Part shown: positions 23,401-44,012 of the stretch, piece by piece
Layout of the letters: each line of letters starts with the position of its first letter
Numbering within the stretch: the first letter of the stretch is position 1
Origin: Macrostomum lignano
Lineage: Eukaryota
Assembly (NCBI GenBank): GCA_002269645.1
Contig: NIVC01000010.1
Span: forward strand, 1,612,001-1,676,000
Direction: 5' to 3'
DNA length: 64,000 nucleotides
Translations under genes and position numbers: made by a program
Notes under the pieces: model-generated
Database searches by the model: none
What the model was told of the DNA's origin: nothing
What the model saw: only the letters and a program-made list of their open reading frames with translations

Positions 23401-25998
23401 AATGGCCGGACAAACGGCGGCCGAGGCGATAGAGAATCTGCCGACAGTTCAGTCGCTGGGCAGAGAGGAAGTGTTCTACACGAGATATCGCGACTTTCTG
23501 TCTGAGCCATATCGAAAAAGACTGTTCGCCACTCTGCTTGGAGGCCTGACCTACGGATTTTCGCAGGTACGAGGCAAGCCATTGAGCACCAAAGTTGTTT
23601 TCAATTAATCGATTTTGTAGCGAAAAGTGGCCGGGCAGGACAAACCTCCAAAGTGTACATGCGCGATGATTAGAAAGTCAGGGCCATTGTACACCCTGTG
23701 TGAGCGTGTGTGTGAGTGCGTGTCTGTGTGCAGTATGTGCTCTGGATGTTGACATGATCTGAGCCAAGCTATAGCTCTCTGAAGATACGAGTTACCGTTA
23801 ACACATCCGTTAAGTTACCGTTAGGTCATCATCTAATCCTGGCATTCCAAACCAAGTCAAACGCCGATCCAAATCAAACGCCGATGCATTTTCAGAGCAT
23901 CGTGTTCTTTATTTACGCGGCTTCATTCCGTTTCGGTGCCTACCTAGTCAGCATCGACCAGATGGAGGTGAACAACGTATTCAAGGTGTTCTTCTCGATC
24001 ACATTCGCCGGACTGATGGCGGGTCAGACGTTCTCCCTGATTCCGGACTACGCCAAGGCCCGCATCGCAGCTGGTTACATTATCGCACTATTCAACCGGG
24101 AGCCGCTGATCGACAATCGCTCAGAATCCGGCGATCGGCCTCAAAAACTGATCGGCGAACTTCGCCTAGTCGATGTCGATTTCGAATATCCCCAACGAGC
24201 TGGCACTCGAGTGCTGCGCCGGCTGAATTTGACGATTCCAGCCGGACGAACCGTCGCTCTGGTTGGGCCGTCCGGCTGCGGAAAATCTACGGTGGTGTCC
24301 CTGCTGCAGCGGTACTACGATCCAATGACGCCGGACGGTGAGCTGGTCGGCGGTCGTGTCGAACTGGACGGCCGAGACGTGCGCCAGCTGAACGTGGCCT
24401 GGCTGCGCAGGAATATCCGAGTCGTCAACCAGGAGCCCGTGCTGTTCGCCAGAAGTATCGCCGACAATCTCACCTACGGCTTGAACGAGGAGCCGGAGTC
24501 CGACTGTCTTGAGGAGGTTGTCCGGCTGAGCAATATTAGCGACTTTGTCAAGCACCTGCCGGATGGAATGGATACTCAGGTAGGCTGGCCAATACTGCAG
24601 CTGCTGGAGCTATCTACGAGGGCTGTCTCAAAAGTAGTGTTACTTTTCATTATATCTCTCGTTTTGATGATCCAAATAACATCATTTTGCACAAATGTAT
24701 AGCGGTAACTTTTCTTCATATTAATTTTAACATCTTTAAAATTATAAATTAAAATTGGAAACAAAAGTTACAAAATAGAATGTAGCAGCAGCTCGACCAT
24801 TTACCTACATTAAATTAACAAGCTAGCAAAATTTCAAAGTGGAAGCTCACAAACGGGTAACTGGCTGCAGTAAATGTCGTGAATGCTGCAAAATGACTGC
24901 GGTAAATGACTGCATTAGACCCATGAGCCGGTGAAAGTTGCGTATGAATCTCGGCAGCACTGTGCCCCTGAGCAACACTTGAATGCACATCCATGATTTT
25001 TGGCGCACCAAAAGGGGGGAATAAAAAGCAATGAAGCTGAAGCCCAGTGGGAAATATTCTGCTGCTTTAAAAGTTTTATGTTTCTCCAAGTTTTTCCATA
25101 GATGTCACTTTGTCAAAGCAGCCCAACAAATCTGAGTGTATTCTGAGTGTATTCAATCAAAAGTACTTTCACTACTTTCTGCTGGCTTGTTAACTTACTG
25201 ATGATGATGAGTATGATGTACATGTCCATTCAAGTGTTGCTCAGGGGAGTGGGTTTTACACCCTTTGGAGGACGGGGAACAGTGCAGACGCGATTCCATG
25301 CGCAACTTTTACCGGCCCATGGGTCCAATGCAGTCATTTACCGTAGACATTTTACACATTCACTGCAGCCAGTTACCCGGTTGTCAGCTTCCACTGCGAA
25401 ATTTTGCTAGCTTGTTAACTTACTGTAGGACTATGGTCGAGCTCCTGCTACATTCTAGTTTGTAATTTTTGTTTCCATTGTCTGATTTATAGTTGTCGCT
25501 ATAAATTTGTGCAAATTTATGTTATTTGGATCATCAGAACAAGAGATACAATGAAAAGTAACACTACTTTTGGGACAGCCGTCGTAGTACGTCATATCTC
25601 GAGCACACTAATGCACCTCAAAATTTGCGTAACCGCAGGTTGGCGAAAAAGGTGCCCAGCTTAGCGGCGGCCAGAAACAACGCGTCGCCCTGGCCAGAGC
25701 CTTGATCACTCGGCCGAAAATTCTGCTACTCGACGAGGCCACATCCGCGCTGGACAGCGAGTCCGAAGCCCTGGTTCAGGCGGCTCTGGACGAAGCTCGA
25801 CAAGGACGAACTTGCATTCTCGTGGCTCACCGACTGTCAACAGTGCAGAGCGCCGACGTCATTGTGGTGATGGAGGGCGGTCGAGTAGTCGAGACTGGCA
25901 CCCACGCTGAGCTGATGCGACTCGGCGGTGCCTACTACAGCATGGCTAACAGTGCCATGCGCAAAGGCGGCACCTTGTTGCCACCAGGAACGGGATAA
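14011..25998 (+). CDS. ABCB1: ABCB1/MDR1-like P-glycoprotein, full ABC transporter, about 1305 aa
   Basis: Exons 14011-14054, 14236-14299, 14794-15113, 16148-16562, 18028-18450, 19367-19525, 19773-20110, 20444-20736, 22039-22247, 22653-22937, 23243-23566, 23896-24579, 25639-25998 total 3918 nt in frame. Two TMDs and two NBDs: Walker A GPSGSGKS and [16 protein letters not shown] twice, [11 protein letters not shown] twice, VAHRLST twice. The first two small exons are less certain. Confidence 0.95.
14325..14731. repeat. 15-bp pyrimidine-rich minisatellite TCTGTCTCCCTCTCT (ABCB1 intron 2)
   Basis: Tandem units. Confidence 0.95.
15258..16017. repeat. 15-bp purine-rich minisatellite GGGAGACAGGGAGAG (ABCB1 intron 3)
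   Basis: Tandem units; reverse complement of the intron 2 array. Confidence 0.95.
16615..17955. repeat. 31-bp minisatellite TGGTTGCTAAGGCTAGTATTAGTATCACCTT (ABCB1 intron 4)
   Basis: About 42 units. Confidence 0.95.
18452..19290. repeat. 20-bp minisatellite AGACAGAGGCATCATCCATT (ABCB1 intron 5)
   Basis: Tandem units. Confidence 0.95.
20127..20411. repeat. (TTAG)n microsatellite
   Basis: About 70 tetramers. Confidence 0.95.
20778..22016. repeat. 12-bp array CCCGATCCTGAT (ABCB1 intron 8)
   Basis: About 100 nearly perfect units. Confidence 0.98.
22326..22557. repeat. 15-bp minisatellite GCCCCTGGTGCTAAA (ABCB1 intron 9)
   Basis: Tandem units. Confidence 0.95.
22985..23229. repeat. Degenerate 19-20-bp minisatellite CACATTAGAACATCCGTGT (ABCB1 intron 10)
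   Basis: Degenerate units running up to the acceptor. Confidence 0.75.
24617..25584. mobile_element. Non-autonomous Tc1/mariner-like element (MITE) with very long TIRs, in the last ABCB1 intron
   Basis: Flanked by TA at 24615-16 and 25585-86. Left end CGAGGGCTGTCTCAAAAGTAGTGTTACTTTTCATT; the right end is its near reverse complement. Inverted similarity extends inward about 370 bp (24617-24995 vs 25220-25584). No transposase. Confidence 0.8.
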
Positions 25999-26387
25999 AG
26001 AAGTGTGACGTGGAAGTATATGTCCGCCCATAAACTTTACAATATCAAAGCGAAACTATATATATATATACATACGCGAAGTCTCGATGTTGATAAGTAT
26101 TGGAAACCACGGTCAAATTGGAACTGCTTCAAATATGTCCATTTCTATCCATAGCTTAGTAAAATATTTCTTACTTAACTGCTACTGTCTTCAGAACAAC
26201 CTGTTTGCTTAACTTTCTTTGATAATTGTGCCTAAATCGAACTTGAGTGACACTGATGAAATATACAAATATTCAGAACAGATGAAAGCTTTGCAAAATT
26301 ACCGGTATATATTGCAAAGGAACCTTTTCTGATTTCAAGCTTGCGTTGTGCTTCTTACAATATCACATTTTCATGGGGTTTTAGAGT

Positions 26388-26605
26388 TTGTAGCCGAGTA
26401 GTTAAAGCGTCGAACTCACTACTGAAAGGTCAGGGGTTCGATTTTCTACACACTCGGAGCAATTTGTGTCCCTTGAGCAAGACACCTTAACTCTGCATTG
26501 CTTCAGTTCACCCAAGCTGTAAAATGGGTGCCAGCATTAGCTGGGGTAATTGAGGCTGTGTGTGTGGCGACCTCAGATGCTGAGCTGTTCATTTGGGCAG
26601 GTGTA
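26388..26605 (+). mobile_element. tRNA-derived CORE-type SINE, copy 1
   Basis: A-box-like TAGCCGAGTAGTTAAAGCG and B-box GGTTCGA, followed by CORE-like TGTGTCCCTTGAGCAAGACACCTTAACTCTGCATTGCTTCAGTTCACCCAAGCTGTAAAATGGG. A second copy lies at 35170-35415. Confidence 0.75.
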
Positions 26606-27548
26606 GCTACGACTTGGAACTTGAAATTACGAGTATATTAGAAAATAATTAATTTCACTTATGCAGACAACGATCGCGATCGACAAGAGGTAGACAGGCC
26701 ACCTGCTTGAGTGTCCGGCTCTCAATAACGCTAACTCCCGGAAATAATGTGCCATCGGATGTCTCCCGTTGTAAGCTGGGGCCATCAACTCACAAATTAA
26801 GTGTCCTCTGTTTTAGCAGCTCTCCACCGAAAGCAACAATAACGACAGCGACAAATGAAACGACAACAACAAAAACAACAATCGCAATGGTATCGCAATA
26901 TCAACAACAACAAGAAAAACAACAAAGAAGACGAAACAACAAACTACTCACTTTTACTCGTAGTAAAAAGCGGTGCTTCTGTTGAAATAAATTCTGTTTG
27001 ATTCGGTTTATTCTTCGTTTCATTTGTGTTTTAGTGCGCAAATTTTCATAATTCAAAGCAAAATTGGCAACTGCAGGTTTGAGCAAACAGGAATGTGTTA
27101 AAGTGCAACTGTACACATCATAGATTTTTTTATCGAAATCCTAAAATTTCTTAAACACGGAGTCAGTAGGCGATACGCGATCGTACAAGACGTCTAGAAT
27201 TTTCCATTTTCAGTAGTGGTTATTCAATCCTCTTACTTTGCATTTTAGACATTTTTTCTCAATGTGGAAATCAATCTAAGTTCTAAAAGCAATCCAACAA
27301 CAAATTTTAGCTTTAAATTTACAAGTAGTGTTGGCTTATTTGCAAATTATACGTCATTGTTCTAGCAGCAGGGTCAATCACTTAGATACGCAGTATGAGT
27401 AGAATGTATAAAAACATGAAATAAACAGAGTACTTATCTATCGTCGGCTTTCTCAGCCTATATTATCAATATAATTAAAATAGAAATTTTAACTAAATTG
27501 TTTCTTTCCTAACAAAGTGAAGCTTCATTGGTTTGTACATCTTATTTG

Positions 27549-36021
<8,473 letters not shown>

Positions 36022-37021
36022 CCAGGCACTTGCTGTATCTAGGCGGAAACTTAACAGCAACCTTAGTGGCAGTTAAATGCGTGAGAATCTGTTCGGAATT
36101 CAATTTTGCCTCTGTGGAGAAGAGGGCTGAAAACTTATTCCATAACTACTCGCTTCTCAGTATCTCTCGCTGTCTCTCTCTCTGCTTCACCTGACTTGCG
36201 GTGGCATTTTTGTCGCTACTGAGCAGCATTTTGGTGTACAGTATACAACTTTTTCTTTTACTCTACACACCAGTTTGTCTGTTTTTTAACCCCACCCTCT
36301 GGGGGAGTGCAGTGAGGTAACTCAATTGTTGGGGCTTCGAAGCGCCTTGAAGCTTTCATTCTTTGTCTTCTCTCTCTCACTCAGTGCTCGGCTCTGCATG
36401 TCTGTCTGTCGGTTTGTTAGTCTGCATGGCTCCATAAAAAATTTCGGAAAACGACTGTGTGGGGACCCCTTTGCTTGCCCGATGGAGCAAGCTCAAGGTA
36501 AGCAAATGAGTTGAAGAATATAGCTCTATGACAAAGTATGCTCACTCAACCATTTCGATATATAGGCCAAAAGCCCAATGACCGAGACCTGTTGCAGTGT
36601 CCGATCTTTTTCAGCCTTTTTTCATGGCCTCTATGTGATCTATAATATTGTCCACAGTACAGTGTAGCCACCTTAACCAATAAAACCTTCAAATGGCAAA
36701 ACTTAATAATTGCAGAATAAGCTGCTTTAACCTTTCAGTGTCTTAAGGTCATTCCACTAGATTTAAACCTTACAGCAAAACCTACGCCATTTTTTGTTGC
36801 GACTAAATATTACTGTACTAAATGCAATTTATGATATTAATTATGATGAATTTAATTAAATAATTTTCCAAAAACTCAGAAATTCAGCGATACTAATTTA
36901 AACCAGGTGACTTGAGTGATTATGTATTGACTTGGAAGACATATAGAATTAGACCTTGAAGGCAAGCAACGTAGCACCTGAAGTGCATGTAACATACATC
37001 TACGCGACCTTCGATCAAGGC

Positions 37022-37340
37022 ACACAGCATGCGACCTTGAAGGCATGCAGCATACGACCTTGAAGGCATGCAGCATACGACCTTGAAGGCATGCAGCATA
37101 CGACCTTGAAGGCATGCAGCATACGACCTTGAAGGCATGCAGCATGCGACCTTAAAGGCATGCAGCATACGACCTTGAAGGCATGCAGCATGCGACCTTG
37201 AAGGCATGCAGCATGCGACCATGAAGGCATGCAGCATACGACCATGAAGGCATGCAGCATACGACCTTGAAGGCATGCAGCATGCGACCTGAAGGCATGC
37301 AGCATGCGACCTGAAGGCATGCAGCATACGACATTCAAGG
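37022..37340. repeat. 23-bp minisatellite GCATGCAGCATACGACCTTGAAG
   Basis: Tandem units. Confidence 0.95.
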
Positions 37341-38659
37341 CATACTAAATGTTACCTCCAAGGTACAAGTACAAATATATACATGTAACATAGAATTGTT
37401 ATATAGTGTAGGCACATATAGTTTGGGTAGCAATGTATAGCGGCGCCTAAAGATTTAATGACCGCAACGGTCAGTTTTGACGATGCCAATTAAATATAAA
37501 AAATATACTTTAAAAGTCAAGTCCTTTAGATGATCTATTGGTTTGGATCTATTCTGTATATTAGAGAGTTTTAATTTTCATGAACCTCAAATTCTAATTT
37601 TTTTAGCAATTTTAAATTTTAGCATTTTTGGAATATAAAAATTCCAAATTTTTAGCGATAAAAACTTTACAATACTACTTAAAGTAAGAGAAAACGGTGA
37701 CTTTTATAAAATTTTAAAAAGATTCGGCATTTCTTGAACATGTCTAGTCTGTACCAGTTTGGTTGAAAACATATTCCGGAATTGCAGGAAACCGCTTAGC
37801 GAAGCTGGCTTAACTGAAGTTTTACACGAGTGAAGGCCTGTCAATATTGACACAAACTTAGGCAGGTATCAGCTAATAATACAAAAAAGCAATCGATAAT
37901 TTACGGATTAGTAGGTCCGTCTGCCAATTATCAATTGTTTGTAATCTGTCAAACCAAATTAAACTGAAACCAAAGCACTGAATTCAATACATATTTGTGC
38001 TGCCCATGTTTGTGTAACTTTTCATCACAATTAATCGAGCAGGTATGCAGATATATATATGATAGCCGTCTCTAAGAACTTTTTGAAAACACTAACATGC
38101 CACAAGGTGCACGCGTACTTAATCACTGTATAATCAAATTGCATTCAGCAGACTAAATATCTGTTTTGATTCCTTAATTGAATGCATTCATTCGGGTACA
38201 TTGAAAATCTATAAAGGAACGACAGTTCGGGGTTATTTGTCATATGCCTGTTTTAATAATATTAACATACGAATAAATGGCGCATTAAGATTCACATTTT
38301 CGTGCGCCTTATATTATAAGCTGAGGGTTTTAAGCCACAGCAGGTGACTATAACAGTTAAATATGATATTATAACAAAACTTTGAGTAACGTCACGAGCA
38401 TCTTTTGAGTCAGCTGACTCATTGAAGCTATTAAGATATTGAGTTAATTTTTCTGGAATTTTCCTTTACTGTCGGCTTCTACTGTGAGTAGAACAAAAAG
38501 GATTCTATTTTGTTTTTCTACAAATGGAAAAATCTAGAAACTTGCCTCTCTTCTGCTATCTAAAAATAGATTGCTGGCAATGAACACTGTATGGGCGAAT
38601 TGCCAATGACAAGTGACAGTTTGACAAACTGCAAGTGATGCAAATTGGATAATTCTGCA

Positions 38660-39622
38660 CCATCCAACTCAACAGAAAGAATCGGCGCCATCCAACACTA
38701 CTAGAGAAATATCCGGCGCCATCCAACTCTACTAGAAAGAATCGGCGCCATCCAACTCTACTAGAAAGAATCGGCGCCATCCAACTCTGCTAGAAAGAAT
38801 CGGCGCCATCCAACTCTACTAGAGAGAATCGGCGCTATCCAACTCTGCTAGAGAAATATCCGGCGCCGTCCAACACTACCAGAGAAATATCCGGCGCCAT
38901 CCAACTCTACTAGAGAGAATCGGCGCCATCCAACTCTACTATAAAGAATCGGCGCCATCCAACTCTACCAGAGAAATATCCGGCGCCATCCAACTCTACT
39001 AGAAAGAATCGGCGCCATCCAACTCTACTAGAGAGAATTGGCGCCATCCAACTCTACTAGAGAGAATTGGCGCCATCCAGCTCTACTAGAGAGAATTGGC
39101 GCCATCCAACTCTACTAGAAAGAATTGGCGCCATCCAACTCTACTAGAGAAATATCCGGCGCCGTCCAACACTACCAGAGAAATATCCGGCGCCATCCAA
39201 CTCTACTAGAGAGAATCGGCGCCATCCAACTCTACTATAAAGAATCGGCGCCATCCAACTCTACCAGAGAAATATCCGGCGCCATCCAACTCTACTAGAA
39301 AGAATCGGCGCCATCCAACTCTACTAGAGAGAATTGGCGCCATCCAACTCTACTAGAGAGAATTGGCGCCATCCAGCTCTACTAGAGAGAATTGGCGCCA
39401 TCCAACTCTACTAGAAAGAATTGGCGCCATCCAACTCTACTAGAGAAATATCCGGCGCCGTCCAACACTACCAGAGAAATATCCGGCGCCATCAAACTCT
39501 ACTAGAAAGAATCGGCGCCCTCCAACTCCACAAGAGAAATGTCCGGCGCTATCCAACTCTAATAGAAAGAATCGGCGCCCTCCAACTCTACTAGAGAAGT
39601 ATCCGGCGCCATCCAACTCCCC
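38660..39622. repeat. 29-31-bp minisatellite CGGCGCCATCCAACTCTACTAGAAAGAAT
   Basis: Tandem units with a 296-bp higher-order period. Confidence 0.95.
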
Positions 39623-40054
39623 AACTCCCATTAGCTACCTGAAAATGCTTTCACCGACCCTAAGCCTACACTATCAGACGAATCAAAGCAATAACAAACC
39701 CACCTTAAGCTTCTTGAAACGAAACTTTTAGATTAAAAATAGATTTCACTAACGTCAAAGGGTGCAAAGAAGACCAGTTTAAAGGCAGAAAACAAGCGCC
39801 GTAGTACAAAAGCGCCTCTCACCCAGCTCAGCATGCCCCACCCCATGCTCTCAGCATGACAAGTTTCTCTATATACGTTTCACCTGGCAGGTGACTCAGC
39901 TAAAAATAAACCGGCCTCAAAATAGGCAAGTCCACACACTTGACAAAGACGCTTCACTATCACTTATCTATAGTTGGCTGCATAGGGGCACTTTTTGTGC
40001 TGCGATCAGATTAGGGAATTGTTTTACTTTCAAGCTGGTTTCCAGAGTCACCGA

Positions 40055-40690
40055 ATTGGATTCAGAAGGGGTGAATCGGATTCAGAAGGGGTGAATTGGA
40101 TTCAGAAGGGGTGAATTGGAGTCAAAATGGGTGAATTGGATTTAGAAGGGGTGAATCGGATTTAGAAGGGGTGAATCGGATTTAGAAGGGGTGAATTGGA
40201 TTAAAAAGATGAATCGGATTCAGAAGGAGTGAATTGGATTCAAAAGGAGTGAATTGGTGATTCAGAAGGGGTGAATTGGATTCAGAAGGAGTGAATTGGA
40301 TTCAAAAGGAGTGAATTGGTGATTCAGAAGGGGTGAATTGGATTCAGAAGGAGTGAATTGGATTCAGAAGGGGTGAATCGGATTCAGAAGGGGTGAATTG
40401 GATTCAGAAGGAGTGAATTGGATTCAGAAGGGGTGAATCGGATTCAGAAGGGGTGAATTTGATTTAGAAGGGGTGAATTGGATTCAGAAGGGGTGAATCG
40501 GATTCAGAAGGGGTGAATTGGATTCAGAAGGGGTGAATCGGATTCAGAAGGGGTGAATTGGATTCAAAAGGGGTGAATTGGATTTAGAAGGGGTGAATTG
40601 GATTTAAAAGGGGTGAATTGGATTTAGAAGGGGTGAATTGGATTTAGAAGGGGTGAATTGGATTCAGAAGGGGTGAGTTGGTTTCAGAAA
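40055..40690. repeat. 20-bp minisatellite GAATTGGATTCAGAAGGGGT
   Basis: Tandem units. Confidence 0.95.
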
Positions 40691-42383
40691 TTTGTGTTAA
40701 CCCCCCTCCTTTATGGACGTGAGCACTCTTTGTAATAAAATAAGTTAAAAAACCGCCTCAGCGGCACTAAAACAGTCTTATTTGTTTTAGCACACGCCCA
40801 GCTCACTGGAGCCAGTCATACACTCTGCTACGAGTAATTAATTTCGATTATATTTTCTCAAGATGACGCAGTCGGAAACTAGAGAAATTGTATTTTTAGA
40901 CCTATTAATTTGCCCACAATGTGCCTGCGCAGAGCCTAAGAACTGCATGCAAACATTTACTCCGTCTGGTGCAGAGGTTTGGCATGAAGGCAGATACGAT
41001 AAGATTTTGTGCTAAATTTGCTTGCACACAAAATTGAAAAGCTTCACATAAGCTTCCCGAACCCTGCCGTTTGACGCAAATGGTCTCTAAAAATAGATTT
41101 AGCAACGACAATCAGGAATATTGCTCGTAGAGCGACGCACAATAGCTCGTTTAAACAAAAAAAAAAGATTTTGTAGACTCGAGACTCGAGCACTCACCAA
41201 ATTGAGGAGTGAACGTGAAACTTCTACACTCGTATTTTCTTTTTAGCCTTACTGTCTGCGTCTGCGGCTTGATTATTGTTGCTTCTAGTTACTCACATTA
41301 AACGCCCGTGGCATCTGGGTTTCATATGGATGGATTGCAGTGCTTAAACAGATGATGATTATTACTCAGAAAATGATTTTAAAAAAACACGAACGACACA
41401 GATCGTTTTAGCTTGGGTCAAAACTTCCCCCGAGAAGAGACAAGTTAAGCAGATTTGGGAGCGGTTAGTACTGAACCGATTAGACTAATTGCGTCAACTT
41501 CCCAGGCAACCTTCTTGGGACAATTGCGCCCCACCCAGCACATTTAACACATTTAAACCATTTTTCATGTTGCAAGGATCACCTTGAAGTTAACCGTTAA
41601 ATATCAGAACGTAACATTCGCTTCCTGTGGGCAATTCTTTTGTTATTTGATAACCTAACAAGTGTTATCACAAATTGTCAATATTTCTTCTTCAAAACAA
41701 GTAATATGCAGATCTACTAAATACTGTAGCTAATTTCTTTTTAAAATCTTTAGAAAGCGAATAAATTCGAAATTAATTTGTGTTCTACAAACTTATTTTC
41801 TTCAGAATGCATCGCGTCAACCACAACCACAACCACAGGATATAAGTACCGAATCTAACCTTGGTTTGACCTAGAGTCTTCTAAATAACTAAAAAATAGG
41901 CGGCAGACAAATATCATGAATGAATTTGTTGATGGGGTGCGCCGTGTGAAACTGGGGCATTGTGCTTCACATCTTTCACATTTACTGTTCGAAATGCGTC
42001 TGCAGGTCTATTTTTAGAATGAAAAGTTTTGGAAGTCTTGCTATCACCGTGCAATCGCGTTTACTTCTGTTCAAAGCTTCTTTCCATTGCGATGAGCTAT
42101 TTTTAGCCTGTGAATTGTCGCCCTGCCCCACAGCCAATGAGCTTGCGGTTGCCAGGGCCGACGTACTATCAACGAACTGCACACAATGCCAAATGTAGCT
42201 TGCATGGAAAACTCCGGAAAACTAGTATAAATACGAGCCGTCTTCGCTAGGCAAGCCCCTAAACCGAGTCCAGCGAAACCAGTTTTCAGCACTCTTACCC
42301 AGAAGAGACGAGAATAACGCTATAAAGCACTTCTGCCAACTATTTTCTTAGCGAAAGCGCCCAAGGCAGTTAAAGAAGACTAA

Positions 42384-43886
42384 ATGGCACCAATCAAGGC
42401 TGTTCTCCGGTCAAAGTTAGACAAAACCGACAACGCAAAGTCATTGCAGGAACTGCTAGTCGACAAGTACGAACCGTAAGTAGCATTTTATATATTAGCA
42501 TGCGTCTGATTTCTCATTAATTATCATAGAGTCAACAGTATGAAAGATTGAGCACACGCAATAAGTTGGCTATCTAAGCCCAATCATTGAATACATTTTG
42601 CTGCTTCTTTGTTCCAGTTTATCTGACGCCACCAGCGTCGTTTCCAGTGTGGACTATCAGACAACAAGCGACAGCGAGGCTGACGTATCAGACTACGAAA
42701 GCCTGCTGAGGCAGCAACAGGAACAGCAGCAGCAGCAGCAGCAACCGCAAATGCCGATGTCTCAATGCTCACCTGAGCTGCTATCGCTAATCCACAGGCC
42801 GGTAGCAACTGGACCAGATGCCAACGCTGCTACATCGACCATCGAGCTGCCAATAGACTTTACGGCTCTTCACGAAGCACGTCTGCAGTACTTTGGCCAC
42901 CTGATTTATCAGCGAATGCTACAGCAGCAGGACTTACCACCAGCTGAAGATCAACCTCTGAACCTCACCTGTCCGAACGCTCTGAAACGACCGGCCCCAA
43001 AGTTTGAAGCCGTTATTGAGACGCAAAACTACCAGGTTGGCGACGAGCAGGAATGCAGCCAAGACGTGTTTGGCTCCACCGCCACTGAGCCGAAGCGACC
43101 CTGCCCAGACGCCACCGCTGCCCCGGCAACTCATCGGAAGAGGAAGCGATCCTACCGGTTAAGCGACAATGAAGAGATTCGTGCCTACCAATTTTCCGCT
43201 CCTGAGTTGTTCATCTGGAATGGTGAGTTCTCACAGAGATTAGATCAGTGTCTTCAGTGTATTTCCAATGCGTTTTATTAGCTTGATGTTTTTATTAACT
43301 TGCACAATTTGCAGGTCACAAACCGATGATTCATCAGTTCCTTTTGAAGCTACTCAACAACCCCAGCTGCTCAAGTCTGATCCGGTGGCTAGATCGTGAG
43401 AACCGACTGTTCAAAGTGCTGCATCCGGTGACCGTGGCTCGCCTGTGGCAGTTCATCAAGGGCAACAGGACTGACAACTACGAGTGCTTTGCCAGAGGAA
43501 TTCGGTAGGTCACCAAAGCTAAAATTTGTCAAAGTTTTTTCAGTATTAGTTCAACTGCTCAGGTCTACATGGAACTAACAAATCCGAATTTTTTAAACCA
43601 TTGCAGCCACTCTCGCGACATTGGCAAATACTTTGAGGCGCACGAATTTCGCAAGAAGAAGGTGTACAAGTTCTCCGAGAAAGCTTTGAATCAGGAACCG
43701 GCCCAGATGAAAGACCGGCTGGCTGCCGCCTCTGCTAGACCTTCAACTTCAGCGTGCGACGCATTGAAACCGAAGCTGGAAGTGGCTCCTTCTAAAACCG
43801 AGCCATCGGCGAATTATCGGGACGCTGGCTCGAACTCTGAAGTTCTTGCCAAGCTCAAGATTGCACTGGCTGAAAGGATGCAACAA

Positions 43887-43918
<32 letters not shown>

Positions 43919-44012
43919 GCATCGGGAAGAAAAGCTTCTGCTACGACGAGCTTCAGTCAAGGAAGAGGCAAGTTTCGACGAGTCAGCGTTAGTGATAGCT
44001 GACTGCGAGTAA
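42384..44012 (+). CDS. ETS-domain transcription factor (divergent), about 430 aa, with poly-Q tracts
   Basis: Exons 42384-42475, 42618-43222, 43315-43504, 43607-44012 (1293 nt, in frame). ETS fold: IHQFLLKLL..LIRWLD..FKVLHP..VARLW..NYECFARGIR..VYKF. Confidence 0.85.

Noticed and set aside
26250-26290. Hammerhead ribozyme core (CTGATGA plus a small hairpin)
   Set aside because: GAAA does not follow stem II, and stems I and III cannot be formed.
26391-26450. tRNA gene
   Set aside because: A and B boxes are present but I could not form a cloverleaf; the sequence continues into a CORE domain, so it is a SINE head.
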